DNA of 64,000 nucleotides from Octopus sinensis (Eukaryota): NCBI RefSeq assembly GCF_006345805.1, contig NC_042997.1, positions 109,368,001 to 109,432,000 of the forward strand, read 5' to 3'. Shown piece by piece: positions 1 to 13,262 of this stretch (position 1 is its first letter; each line of letters starts with the position of its first letter). The notes under the pieces were generated by a model. It saw only the letters and a program-made list of their open reading frames with translations, ran no database searches and was not told where the DNA came from. The position numbers and the translations under genes were made by a program.

Positions 1-11
1 GATTTATTACA

Positions 12-935
12 ATGAAAAACCAAATGACGTCCATGTATTTAAAATACTTAATTGTATTTACAGTGGCGATGCGTGTATGTATTTCGGAAGGAAATTGCCC
101 CAAAAAATTTTGGCACAAAGAAGAGCACACTGCATGTCTTGAAAAGTCGCCTAAGTTAATGGAATCAATGTTTGTGAGTGAAAATGATAAAAATGCCATA
201 GTCAACATGCATAATGCTTATCGAAGTAGTGTTAAACCTCCGGCCTGTAATATGTTTAAAATGTACTGGGATAATGAACTGGCCTACATTGCACAGAAAT
301 GGGCCGATAATTGTGAATATAAACATGATGAGAGTTCTAGAAGAAGTATACCTCTAAAGTATAGCGTAGGTCAAAATATTGCCGCAGGATTCCCGAACTG
401 GGAAAACGTCATCTATGCCTGGCATTCTGAAGGGAAAAATTATAAATTTGGTGACAAAAGAATGAAAAACAGCGGGCATTACACGCAGATAGTGTGGTCG
501 ACATCCCTTTTAATTGGCTGCGGAGCGTCACGTTGTTCGTTTATAGGCATGCTGTATGTTTGTAATTACGCTCCTGCGGGAAATACATACGGTCAAGACC
601 CATACCGACGCTGTCGAACTCAGCGACCTTTGAACGATTGTGGTAATAGCCCTTGTTATAATTTCGGTACACTGAACAGACTTGACTGCTCCTGCCATTG
701 TTTAAATTATCATCAAATACATGGACCCCGTTGTATGATAAACTGTTCCTATTCTGACCCAATTTTTCCGTGCCGTTTAAGAACTCATGATTCGTGTAAA
801 TATACAAATGTACGCCCTACTTGTCCTTGGCTATGCGAAGAATGTAATGGCGGATTTTTGTCTCGAAGGACAAACCTGGTTCTTCTTTGTGCTGCGCATA
901 TTTTAAGGATCATCACGTACTCTGATTATCATTAA
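12..935 (+). CDS. Secreted CAP/SCP-superfamily (CRISP/venom allergen-like) protein with EGF-like and ShKT-like C-terminal modules
   Basis: Uninterrupted 307-aa ORF with an N-terminal hydrophobic stretch (YLIVFTVAM). CAP motifs: HNAYR, MYWDNELAYIAQKWADNC, GQNI, GHYTQIVW, YVCNYAPAGN. Then a 6-Cys EGF-like block (aa 210-241) and C-x8-C-x7-C-x8-C-x3-C-x2-C (aa 245-278). Upstream exons cannot be excluded because the window starts 11 nt before the ATG. Confidence 0.93.
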   Translation: MKNQMTSMYLKYLIVFTVAMRVCISEGNCPKKFWHKEEHTACLEKSPKLMESMFVSENDKNAIVNMHNAYRSSVKPPACNMFKMYWDNELAYIAQKWADNCEYKHDESSRRSIPLKYSVGQNIAAGFPNWENVIYAWHSEGKNYKFGDKRMKNSGHYTQIVWSTSLLIGCGASRCSFIGMLYVCNYAPAGNTYGQDPYRRCRTQRPLNDCGNSPCYNFGTLNRLDCSCHCLNYHQIHGPRCMINCSYSDPIFPCRLRTHDSCKYTNVRPTCPWLCEECNGGFLSRRTNLVLLCAAHILRIITYSDYH

Positions 936-2288
936 TCGTTATCTCGAGTCAATTTCGAACATTTGGACCAACAATTCAGCTCCTACACGTTACTTTTCGC
1001 ATTTCACATACCATCGCATATTTTTCTTGGAAAAGAAATTTTTAATTATAATCGTTAACATAAACATTTTTACAGAATTTTAAAATTTGACAATATGTTG
1101 AATTCTTAGTTTAGCTTTACCATATTCCCCAGTGATTAAAATTCTGTATATTTCGTAGTTAGTCCAGTTTCACATTTTACTCAATTTTTTCACGCACTGT
1201 TTTACCTCTATGACTTCAAATCTCACCGATGTTAACATTCGATTTCAATGTTTTGAAGTCGTTAAAGCAAAATACCTCGAGAGTGTTTGGTCCAATTATA
1301 TTTTTACAATTCATCATAAACATGAATGGAATTATAATACAATATATGACAAATCGTTTTGAAGACTATATAACTTCCTTCTGCATTTAATTCCTCGAAT
1401 GTAACTTTTAGCAAACCTACTTCGCTCATTATATTTCATGTAAAATCTGTAACTTGTCCATATATACTTATATACATCGGTCATGGTATTTCATAGAACG
1501 GTGTACTACGTACTGAAATACAAAGTGCTTAGAATGTAATTATGTACATATATTATGTTAATTTGTCAATAAAATGAATACCAAAGTGCTTGTAATTACT
1601 TTTGCCTTTTCAGTAATTAGTTTAGTCTTAATGAATTGCAAACACATAACAAAACGAACTGCACATAAAATACTCTTCACCAAAATAAAGCTGATAAAGA
1701 AAGCATGTATTTTCCACGAGAACAGAAAATGAGATGCCTTCTTCAACTTGTGACTTATAAAGTATCAAAAGTCAGATGTTAGAAATATCAATCATAAAAT
1801 ACAGGTTGACTGACACAAATGGCAAACTCACCATAGACACAATTTAAAAGATGGGGATGATATGAACCAGCAATGAGAAGGATAAAGCAACAACAACGGA
1901 GGCTTTTAATAAGCTGAAGACTTCAGCAAAAATGAAATTCTATAGCCTCATGGTAACGCTTTGAAAAGCAACGCTACTTACACGTCCAGTTGTTTATAGA
2001 ATCTCGGTTAAGCAAAGTCGATAAAGTGCTGCTTCTAGTCTGAGATTGAAAAGGAATTTGAATATTGCAATTCTCTGCAGAAACTGGCAAAAACTGACTG
2101 AAAACAATATGGAACTATTACGTTTTTGTAGTTGGTTTGAAAAGAAACTCGGTCTCAGGTGTCACTCGAGTATTTGAAACATTTTGCCGTATCTCGAGAT
2201 GGACGTTGTTCTTTTTCATTTCTTTATTCTTTTACTTGTAAATTGGTTAATCAGTCATTTAAGTTTGTCAAAGTGTTTTCGTTGAAGA

Positions 2289-2497
2289 AGGCAGTGAGCT
2301 GGCAGAATCACTCGCACGCCGGGCAAAATGTTTAGCGGCATTTCGGCCGAACTTACATTCTGAGCTCAAATTCTGCCGAGGTCGACTTTACCTTTCATCC
2401 TTTAGGGGTCGATAAAGTAAGTACCAGTCCAGCAGTGGAGTCGATGTGATCCACGTACCCCCCCCCACTAAAATTGCTGGTCAAGTGCTAAAATTTT
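2289..2497 (+). mobile_element. tRNA-derived SINE, family A
   Basis: GAGCTGGCAGAA head, B-box-like GAGCTCAAATTC, GTCGACTTTACCTTTCATCC core; matches other copies in the window. Confidence 0.85.
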
Positions 2498-2689
2498 CTT
2501 CGTTGCAAAACTAAAAGCTTTTGTAGAATCAATTAAATTGTCCCTGGCTGTAAAGGCTTAGGACATCAATGCCATTAAGAATCCGTCCCATTATAAAGAT
2601 ATCAAAATAGATTTCTAGCCACAGATTTGCGAATGCAAAGCTGATCCAAATCCATAATAAAAGACAAGTAGAGATGGTAAATAAATATT

Positions 2690-2903
2690 CTTTTCTACTC
2701 AAGGCAAAAGGCCCGAAACTTTGGGCGAGAGGGCCAGTCGATTAGATCGACCCCAGTACTCAACTGGTACTTAATTTATCGATCCTGGAAGGGTGAAAAG
2801 CAAAGTCGACCTCGACGGAATTTGAACTCAGAACGTAAAAACTGATGAAATACTGCTAAGCATTTCGCCCGGCATGCTAACGTTTCCGCCAGCTCGCCGC
2901 CTT
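2690..2903 (-). mobile_element. SINE family A, full length, with 16-bp target-site duplication
   Basis: Reverse complement of family A; ATGGTAAATAAATATT at 2674-2689 and 2904-2919. Confidence 0.92.
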
Positions 2904-3424
2904 ATGGTAAATAAATATTGAGTTGAAAGTTTAATAACAATTTCAACACATGCGATCTGTACAGATATTGGCTTCAAATTTTGAAACAAAGCCAGCAATT
3001 TTGGAGTGGGGGTAGGTTGGTTACATCCACCGCAGTACTCAAAAGCTACTTATGTTATCGGATCCGAAATGATGAAAGGCTGGTTGGACCCCCGGCTGAT
3101 TTTGAACTCAGACAAAATGCTGCCCGGCGCACTCACGATCCTACAGCTTGGTACCTTACACTGGACAAAATATTGGCGAGAAGAATTTCAATGAAAGAAA
3201 AAGAAGCAAAAAAAGTTACTTATATGGCGGTGCCCCAGCATGGCCACAGCTCATGAGCTGAAACTGGAAAAATCAAAATCAAAATCATATGCAACAAACC
3301 AAAATATCTATCTTTTAACTTGTTTCACCCGTTCCATACTTGGGCACCTCCTTTATTCGAATGAATCTACCTCACCACCTATTCTTTTTTCAGCCTTGTA
3401 CTATTCTATCCGCAACTTTTGGAT

Positions 3425-3560
3425 ACAGCAATGAACCCTAATAAACTAACACACGAAGATATATTCTCAAGACAAAAGAAAATATCAGAAATAGAAATAG
3501 AACACTTAATAGTAAAGATACATCAGGAAAACGTAGATAGTAACCACACAGCAATACCAA
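3425..3560 (+). mobile_element. Possible N-terminal fragment of an R4/Dong LINE ORF
   Basis: MNPNKL...RQKKISEIEIEHL resembles the N-terminal region of R4-clade ORFs; short and degenerate. Confidence 0.3.
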
Positions 3561-4130
3561 ATAATATCATAAGCACTGAGATAGCAAAACACGAAGACAG
3601 ACGTTACATTTCCAACAAAAACGAAAGACAACAAACCCACACCGTAGGAATGTATAAGGATGAGCAAGATGCATCAAACCAGAACACCACAGACAAAAGG
3701 AAAATATGAACGGGAGGAAATACGAAACAAATTTAAAACCTGAAAACAATGAATTATCCGTAGATTATCCGTGGATTATCCGTAGTAATGGGGACACCAA
3801 TTAGGACATGATGATGGGACATCGATAGCTATAATGTAACTCTGTTGCTATTCTATCTGCACTCTTACATATTTGATTGATCGTTTCACCATTCGAAAGG
3901 CCCCAGTGAATCATCATGATGTTTTTGATGCAGGAATTCGTCAATTCCAGTGCCCTCCGAACAATAAAAGATTATTAGTGCACCATATTAAATTTACATC
4001 CCAGAATTATTTATACCAGTTTACAATAAATCCTGATATATCGTCTCTTGTTTTACACCCAACTCTCGCAGAATCTCGAACACTTGGTGAAGTAGTATTT
4101 AAATTTCTCTCTGAAATAAAAATATACACA

Positions 4131-4530
4131 GGTGCAGGAGTGGCTGTGTCGTAAGAAGCTGGCTTCCTAATCACATGGTTCTGGGTTCAGTCCCACTGCG
4201 TGGAACCATGGGCAAGTCCTCTACTGTAACCTTGGGTCGACCAAAGCCTTGTGAATGGATTTTGCAGACGGAAACTGGAAGAAGCTCGTCGTATATATAT
4301 TTATATGTATATGTCTGTGTGTAGTTCATTTGTGTCTGTGATGCCGCCCCCTCCATCACCGCTTGACAATCAGGCTTGGTTTGTTTACGTCCTCGTAAAC
4401 AGTTCAGCAAAAGAGACCGATAAAAAAGTACTAGGCTTTAAAAAGACAAGTCCTGAGGTTAATCTAGTCACTAGAACACTTTAAGGCGGTGCTCCAGCAT
4501 GGCTGAAATCCGAAGCAAGCAAAACACTAA
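4131..4530 (+). mobile_element. tRNA-derived SINE, family B (internal TA/TG tract)
   Basis: A-box-like TGGCTGTGTCGTAAG, B-box-like GGTTCAGTCCC, body TTGGGCAAGT...GACGGAAACT, tail ...GGTGCTCCAGCATGGC; many copies in the window. Confidence 0.88.
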
Positions 4531-4887
4531 AAAAAAAAAATGAAAGACACTATGAACGTAGAGGCGTGTACGGCAGATCGTACGATATTATGTTCTAACA
4601 GTTGAAATCCTTTGACATTTGGCAACAGTGATAGTTTCATTCCAAAACAACAGACTATCGCGCCGTAAACCATATTGTGTCAGCCATTTGTGATGGGATT
4701 TTCTTTTCTATGATTGCCACCATTTTTTACGAATTATATTAAGCAAACTTATGGCCAATTTGATTAGTTGTTGTACTGGAAACATCACATAAAACAAGAT
4801 TTCAACAGAACCTGTCGACTCTAATACGAACGGGAAATGATTTACATAAGAATGTATATATATATATATATATATAATATATATATA

Positions 4888-4913
<26 letters not shown>

Positions 4914-4918
<5 letters not shown>

Positions 4919-5625
4919 ACGATTTAGGAGTGACCCCAACAGGTCACTCGTCCACCAGAAAGAGCAGCCATAACTCACACCGCCAAGTATTATTAATTCA
5001 GAAATTAGGTGAAAATTTAAAAACATTTACCCTAATTCATCTTTTAGACGTTGCAACGTTTCTGTGTCATTAATGATTAAATTAGCTTAATTAAATTAAA
5101 TTAAGCCAATCTACCATAGGTTACACTTCATCAGTAAAGACCTGGGAGAGACAAATATACACGAGGCGTCTGTATCGAAGCCTACGGGATATCTGACTTA
5201 AAATTTTCAAGACTGACGTATTCGCGCCAAACTTATCAACAGTAAATATAAACTGCCGATTCAATCTCAGAATTATTCAGACGCCTCGTGTATATTTGTC
5301 TCTCCCAGGTCTTTACTGATGAAGTGTAACCTATGGTAGATTGGCTTAATTTAATTTAATTAAGCTAATTTAATCATTAATGACACAGAAACGTTGCAAC
5401 GTCTAAAAGATGAATTAGGGTAAATGTTTTTAAATTTTCACCTAATTTCTGAATTAATAATACTTGGCGGTGTGAGTTATGGCTGCTCTTTCTGGTGGAC
5501 GAGTGACCTGTTGGGGTCACTCCTAAATCGTTATATTTATATATTTAGTCGATGACTATTTTCTCTTTTTCACCAGGCCGCTGGTTGCGATAAATTTCTA
5601 TTGAATTTTTTTGCTACCCTAAATT

Positions 5626-5628
<3 letters not shown>
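4914..5628 (+). mobile_element. Non-autonomous Penelope-like fold-back element in (TA)n: inverted 5' pLTR copy plus 3' pLTR with hammerhead
   Basis: 259-bp inverted repeat (4914-5172 / 5278-5536), hammerhead in the arms, (TA)n on both flanks. Confidence 0.8.
5312..5407 (+). ncRNA. Type I hammerhead ribozyme with long stem II
   Basis: TTTA-CTGATGA-a-GTGT...ACAC-a-GAAA-CGTTGCAACG-TC-TAAA; palindromic stem III, predicted GUC cleavage after 5403. A mirror copy lies on the minus strand in the left arm. Confidence 0.8.
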
Positions 5629-5694
<66 letters not shown>

Positions 5695-6464
5695 TATATA
5701 TATGAACCGAAGAGAAAAAGAACCTTACTGTGTATCTATATGAAATTTACGTACCAGTAGCGAGAGACCAAATTCTCATATTTTGTTATGAAAGAGAATT
5801 ACTTAAAATAGTCCGCTAAAGAGGCGAATAAAACTTGCAGTACTTATACATTTTAAAAGGAATTAGAGAAGGACTGACAGAATGAGACAAACTAGGTGTT
5901 TTATGAAGTTACGGACCTCTAATTTCTCTGTTCCATTCCTACCCAAATTAACTTTGCGTCATATGCTTCGTGTAAAGATGGAATAAAATTCCAGTCAAGT
6001 CCTGGTGTCTATTTAATATTCCCAGAAGAATTCTTGATGTGGGTGGAAATATGATAGAAGTTTAAATCTACAACATCACTGAGATTGGTCAACGACCGAA
6101 TAATATTCAGAACGGGAATAACATCGTTATCTCACATATTCCCATATATTGTGGACATCATTGATTCTGACTCACAGAGCTAGGGTTAGGGGCATAGACC
6201 TAATTCTTGTACAGCCACTCAGGTATACTCACACACACACAATCACCCACAAACAGACAAATACTCCTACAAATACACGCACATATACACACAGACGCCT
6301 AAATATTAGCGTACATACACGCTGTGTGTGTGTGTCAGCGTGTGCATGTGTGTGAGATTATATGTATACTCATATTTATGTATGTACGTATGTATATCCG
6401 TAGCAATCGTTTAACATCTGTTATCTACATATGTAGTTATATGTTTAGATGCACGTATGTATGC

Positions 6465-6536
<72 letters not shown>

Positions 6537-7289
6537 TGTATACTGGCATAATGCATAAATACACTAACACGATATGCACGAAGGTATCCATATATACGGA
6601 TGTATAGAAAGAAATCTTTTATAAAGAATTCATCTGGTTTCATGAATACGGAACTCAGCCCTGGAAGAATCTTTTTCTGTCAAGCAAAATTGAATTAAAT
6701 CGAATTAACGCAATAAGGGATTCGCTGAAAAGGAGGCAGAAGCAGCGACTGTGCGACGACTTGGGAAATAAATTAAAAACAGTCTTGTATACAGTTTATT
6801 GCGTCCGTGATTGACGTAACAGAAGAAGAGAAAGAAAGGTACGTTGCTGCAGCGATGTTATTTATCGAAAGCCAAAAGACTTTGATTAAAGAGTTGTGGA
6901 AATTATGATAGGTTTTTCCAGATATATTGTCACGCTGTCCAGTCTTGATGAATCACACATCTAAATAGACATCTTCTACTTTAGCATCTCTTCTTCCTCC
7001 TCCTCTTCCTCCTCTTCTTCCTCCGCCTCTTGCAGGTTTTTGTCTGATCAAATATGATTCATATTTTACATTCTTCAGTGTAGGCTTATAATTCTTTTAT
7101 AAGCAATTTCATTTATAATTTAGATGAGTTTACTTTTTTTCCTTTTTATGGGAACATGTTAGATTCGCCATAAAGAGCCCAACTCTTTCTTCATCATTGC
7201 ATATCGTGAAAACTCTAAACTCCTCTTCTGTTTTATTGCCCTTTGCGATTTTCGATTCTTTCTTTCTTTCTGTCTATCAATCAGTCAGT

Positions 7290-7720
<431 letters not shown>

Positions 7721-7924
7721 TCAAGTTGTATTCCTGCCTGTATCTCTTTCCCCATATGTGTGTGTGTGTTTTTGTGATTAAAACAATTTCACATTAATCT
7801 GACGGGTTGTTCTTTTCTTTTGCACAGTACCAATTTATTATTCTTAACCAAGAATATTATTGACAGTGACTTCGAAGTTTCGATCACTTAAATCCTTGTC
7901 GGAGTGCCCCAGCATGGCCCGAAG

Positions 7925-10280
7925 TCTAGAGAGAAATAAATGGAGAGTGTGCAAATGAAAAGTTGATACCAGATAACATTGAAAGTCAAAGGTTTTGGGG
8001 TGACATCTGGAGTGAAGACAAGGAGCACAAGAAGGATGCTGAATGGTTGCAAGAACTGAAACAAACAGTAGTCCGTCTACAACAGGTAGAACTAGTTATT
8101 TCAGTTAGGGAAGTGAAAGATATTAGCAAAAAATGAGCAACTTGAAGGCCCCGGGACCAGATGGAGTTCAAGGCTACTGGATCAAAAGATTTCGTGAATG
8201 TTATGAACGAACAGCTGCACATCTCAACTCAACACCTTGTTAAATGCCGACCAAATAACACCAGAGTAGTTGACATTGGGTAGGACAGTGCTGTGCCTGA
8301 AAAACATCGAAGAAGGCAATACAGTAGACAATTACAGGCCGATATCCTTTTTGCCACTTATGTGGAAGTTATTGACTGCAATACTCGCAAAGTCAATGTA
8401 CGAACGTCTAGAAAAAAATTGAGTCCTGCACATGAGCAGAAGGGTTGCAAGCGTAAGTGCAGAGGGACTAGGGATCAACTCCTGCTAGACAAAACTGTAT
8501 TCAGAGACTGAAAGAGGAGGAAAAGTAACTTAGCGATGTCATGGACCGACTATCGTAAGACGTACGATATGACACACTTTTGGATTATGGAGTGTATGAA
8601 CTTATTTGGTATTGCATCGAATGTTGAGCGATTGCTTGGGAAAATTATAGCAAAGTGGAAGACGGAGATATGTAGAAGCGTCTTCCAGGGGGACTGCCTG
8701 ACCCCACCGACCTTTGTACTGCGCTTGATACCACTAACACTGATTCTAGGGAAAGCAAAGTGAATCATTTATTATTCATGGATGACCTAAAACCTTATGG
8801 TAAAGATGAAGCCCAAGTCAGTTCCCTCGTTGATACGGTGTATACCTTCAGTGCGGATATCAGAATGGAGTTGCGACTGAGAAATTATGGTGTGTTAGTC
8901 TTGAAGAGAGGCAAAATCAAATGTATGGACGGGATAACGATACCGTCGGGGAAGGTTATGAAGCAGATAGAAAAGACGGGCTACAAGAACTTGGGATTTT
9001 GGAAATGGATAAATTGATAGAGAAAGAAATGACAGAAAAAAAATTATGGTGGAGTACTTGCGCAGACTGAAACTGATGCCAAAGTTGAAATTGAATGGAA
9101 GGTATAAGATCGAAGCTATCAACACCAGGGTGGTTTCACTCCTTAGATATGGAGCAGGGGTAATCGCATGGACAGCAGACGAACTAAATAGCTTAGACAG
9201 AAAGACAAGGAACTTACTGACTAGATATGGGTCACTCCACTCAGGGAAGGGACTTATAGGATGTGAACACAGCATTAGATCAGAAGAAAACAACATAGCA
9301 TGGTATGCAAAAAATGTCAGATAACCGCTATTATTAGAAGTAAGAAGGTCAGGTGTGTGTAGGATGGGAGATCACAAAGATAAAGCATTCTACAAGAAAT
9401 TGAAAACGAATGAAACTGAAAATAGGTGGCTAAAGACAGCAATGCATTGTAAATTTCATAGGGATGTTAAAGATAAGACAGACAGAGAAAAAAGATGGCT
9501 GTGGATGACTAAATGTATTTTAAAACCGGAAACGGAGATACTAATCTGTGCTGCCCCAGAATAAGCATTAAGAACTAATTACATCAAATACAGAATAAAC
9601 AACACATCAGAAAGTAACAAGTGCAGAATTTGTGGACAAAATGGTGAAAGCGTTTGGCATATTGCCAGTCAATGTACGCCACTAGCCCAGAAAGAAAATA
9701 AGTGATATCATGAACATATAGCAAGGATTGTCCATTGGACACTGCAACAAGTATGGATTTGACAGAGCAAAAACAGTAGTACGAATATAAACCCGAAGGC
9801 ATCATCGAAAATGATAAGGTAAAGATTCTGTGGGATTTTATGATTCTTTGCGACCATGAGATTGAGAATAGGAAGCCAGACATAGATTTAATCGAGAAAG
9901 AAAGCAAACGATGCTGGATCATAGATATAGTATGCCTAGCTGACAACAAGGTATGCGATAAGGAAGAAAGAAAAGTCGACAGATATGACAGGTTAGCTGG
10001 GGAAGGGGTAAGCAGTTGTGTTCGATAAAAAAGGTGGCAGTAGTACCAATAATTGTCGGAGCCCTGGGAACAGTGAGTAAAAATCTTGAGAAGTACATTT
10101 AACAAGTAGGGGCTGCAATAAGGATGGAGCATCTGCAGAAAACAGCACTGCTTGGAATCGCTCGAATACTTTGGATGGTGCCCGAAAAATAAGAGGTGTT
10201 ACCTTAGTTTACTGGTTGTGAAAAGCTGGCACCATAGTAAATCTCCTGCGTTAGAAGCTGTGCAAACACAATAAAATAGT
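7925..10280 (+). mobile_element. R4/Dong-clade RLE non-LTR retrotransposon, 5'-truncated, decayed (family R4-a)
   Basis: Frameshifted RT motifs (WTDYRKTYD, FQGDCLTP, HLLFMDDLK), LKPETE, CRICG...H...C knuckle, KPDI endonuclease. The 3' end runs into TAA/TGA repeats. Confidence 0.9.
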
Positions 10281-10299
10281 GATGATGATGATGTGCAGT

Positions 10300-10679
10300 A
10301 CCAGGCAGTGGATATGTGCATCTCTGATCTCGAGCAGAGGTAGTGGGGGAGCATCATAGCCATGCGTTGAGAAGGATTCTTTGGGGTTTGGATAATTCAC
10401 CTTTGGAAACATGGGTGGTTCGTTCAGCATTCTTAAACAATCCTTATTCAGGGACCTTTTGAGTGGGATGGGTTACTCGACCAGAAGAAAATTCTAACTG
10501 AACACCACCTGCAATGTCATGCGCTGTTTATCTTGATATGAGATCACCATGTCGCGCACATATGGTTGTGATGCATGTGCCTGGTGTACTCTTATCAGAT
10601 GGGTAGTCATGACGGGTATACTGGGCTTCGTATATTTTACCCCAGTGTCACTTTGATGGCATGCACTGCTCTCTCACTC
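10300..10679 (+). mobile_element. Non-coding retroelement 3' segment ending in (TAA)n
   Basis: Homologous to about 49600-49938 (AATTCACCTTTGGA, GGGACCTTTTGAG, GAAGAAAATTCTAA, ATGGTTGTGAT). Confidence 0.7.
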
Positions 10680-10851
10680 AATAATAATAATAACGTTGAT
10701 GATAATAATAATAATAATAATAATGATGATGATGATGATAATGATAATCATGATGATGATGATGATGATGATGATAATGATAATCATGATGATGATGATG
10801 ATGATGATGATAATGATAATCATGATGATGATGATGATGATAATTATAATC

Positions 10852-10883
<32 letters not shown>

Positions 10884-10934
10884 AATAATAATAATAATAA
10901 TGATAATAATAATAATGATAATAACAACAACAAC

Positions 10935-10971
<37 letters not shown>

Positions 10972-11008
10972 TTAATAATAATAATAATAATACTGATAAT
11001 AATAATAA
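10680..11008. repeat. (TAA)n/(TGA)n compound trinucleotide array
   Basis: Directly visible. Confidence 0.97.
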
Positions 11009-11957
11009 CGACTTCCCATTTACTATTTATATCTGAAATTCTTCGGAAAAGATATCCACAATCTGTTTGCGGTAATTTTTTTTCGTTTTTAAGCAACAAT
11101 TCCCAAACAAAGAACAGACAAACAAGTTGAATCATCCTTCAAAAAATACATGGAACTAATTATAGAAATGTGGTTTTGGGTGCCAAAAGCAAGAGCAAAT
11201 TGTATTTGCTGCCTGGCTGCCTTGAAGTGATTTTCTTGGAACTAATTTCATTGTGATTCGATGAGGAATCTGTCGCAGGAAAAGATTTGGTTGGGCTTTA
11301 AAAGACATTCTTCTGCATCAACAACGAAGACAGAATGAAGAAGGGAAAATAGTCTTGTTTAAGAACAAAAACCAAAATAAAAAACAGAGAAACAAAACGG
11401 AGCTAAAAGAAAGCAAAAATGGTAAAAGAAAGATGGGGAGTTGAAGAAGAACTAAAGACTGGGAGCGGAATAAGAGAACGACAAATGGAAAAGAAATCAT
11501 TGATAGAAGAGAGGGAGATGGGTGATGTGGGGGAGACAAAAGCTGACACAAAAGAAGAGGATTGAAATGGTGGGAGGAGAAGGAATAAAAGCATTTAATT
11601 GAGAGAATTAAAAGTGCCAAAGACGCCAAACACAGACATACACTCATGAATGCCATCTGTAGATTGGTTTCTCTAACATGAAGTTTCAATTTATAAAGTT
11701 TTATACTATGCTACCTTACATTGCCTTATACTATATTATATTATATATTATGTTATACTCTACCATGTTATTCTAAATTATCATAAACGTAAGACGAAGC
11801 TATTGAAGCTTGATATTTGGTACTGGACCCAAGTAGTAGGGTAGAGAAACAGGAGAACAGCTCACATCTGACACACCGACCCGGTGCCATTTAATATGGG
11901 CAGACGTCATCAAGGAACGACGGAGTGCCTGTGACATGGATACGCGTGCGCATACGT

Positions 11958-12018
<61 letters not shown>

Positions 12019-12022
<4 letters not shown>

Positions 12023-12235
12023 ACCTCGTGAGTACCGCTGCCGATTTTTTTTCCTCTGTCTTCCCTTCTCGGGATCTTTCCTTCTCCTATGTTTCCGACG
12101 AAGAGCTCCGCTCGAAACGTTAAACCCTCCTTCTTCCCTTCTTTCCTGAGTGTCCAATAATACTTTATTTGTTCCACGTCCTCGTGTTGTGTTTTTTTGT
12201 TTTTTTTTGTGTTTTCTTGTTTGGATTAACTATAT
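12019..12235 (+). mobile_element. Short PLE-like pLTR element with variant hammerhead (family H1)
   Basis: GTTT-CCGACGA-a-GAGC-tcc-GCTC-GAAA-CG-TT-AAAC at 12091-12125; 3' end TTGGATTAACTATAT runs into TA-rich repeats; copies at about 21135 and 39120. Confidence 0.75.
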
Positions 12236-12285
12236 GTGTATATATATATGTATGTATGTATCAATGTATGTATATATATATATAC

Positions 12286-12316
<31 letters not shown>

Positions 12317-12864
12317 ATATATATATATACATATATATATGTATGTATGTATGTATGTAGTATGTATGTATGTATGTATGTATGTGTGTGTATGTGTGTG
12401 TATGTATGTATGTGTATGCTTCTTCCAGGCTATAGTAGAAGACACTTGTCCGCAGGATTGAACCCGGTATCATGTTGTCGGGAAGCAAGTTGCTTTTCCT
12501 CACAATCGCGCCTGCGCCCATTTCTATATTTTTCCCTTCTCATTCAAAAACTGTTCAATTTTTAATTAATTGCTTCGTTACCCCCATTAACTGATTAATT
12601 AGCACGTCCATTTCTTCCTTCTTTCTTATTTCCCAAACCAATCTCCCTCATAAGACCCTCCATATTTTATCGCAAAACATCTCTCCCTTTTTCTTCTCCC
12701 TTTTGCCTTCTTAACTCCTCCTTTCTCTTCTCCAATTCTTCATTTCTCGTCCACTTTTCTTCATTCCACTCTTTACTTTTCTTGGAATAAGAATTAAGAA
12801 TTCAATACGTTTTTTTTTTATATTTTTTCTTTCTGTATTCTTTTCTATTTTCATTACGGTCAAC

Positions 12865-13179
12865 TCTTCTTCCTTCCTTCCTTCCTTCCTTCCTTCCTTC
12901 CTTCCTTCCTTCCTTCCGTCTTTCCTTCCTTCCTTCCTTCCTTCCTTCCTTCCTTCCTTCCTTCCTTCCTTCCTTCCGTTCTTCTTTGCTCTCTTTTTCC
13001 TTCTTTTTTTATTTTTTCTTTCTTGCTTTCTTTTTTTTTTCTTTCTTTCTTTCTTTTTTCTTTCTTTCTCTCTCTCTCTCTTTCTGTCTACTTCTTTCTT
13101 CCTTCCTTTCTTTCCTTCTTTTTCTTTCTTTCTTTCTTCTTCCCTCTCTACCTTCTTTTCTTTCTTTATTGCATTCTTC

Positions 13180-13218
<39 letters not shown>

Positions 13219-13230
13219 TCCTTCCTTCCT

Positions 13231-13262
<32 letters not shown>

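Noticed and set aside
541-807. Antisense 88-aa ORF
   Set aside because: Shadow frame of the CAP gene with no motif.
3753-3786. Three copies of an 11-bp ATTATCCGT(A/G)G unit, and a 23-bp duplication near 47696-47745
   Set aside because: Ordinary local slippage duplications with no sign of function.
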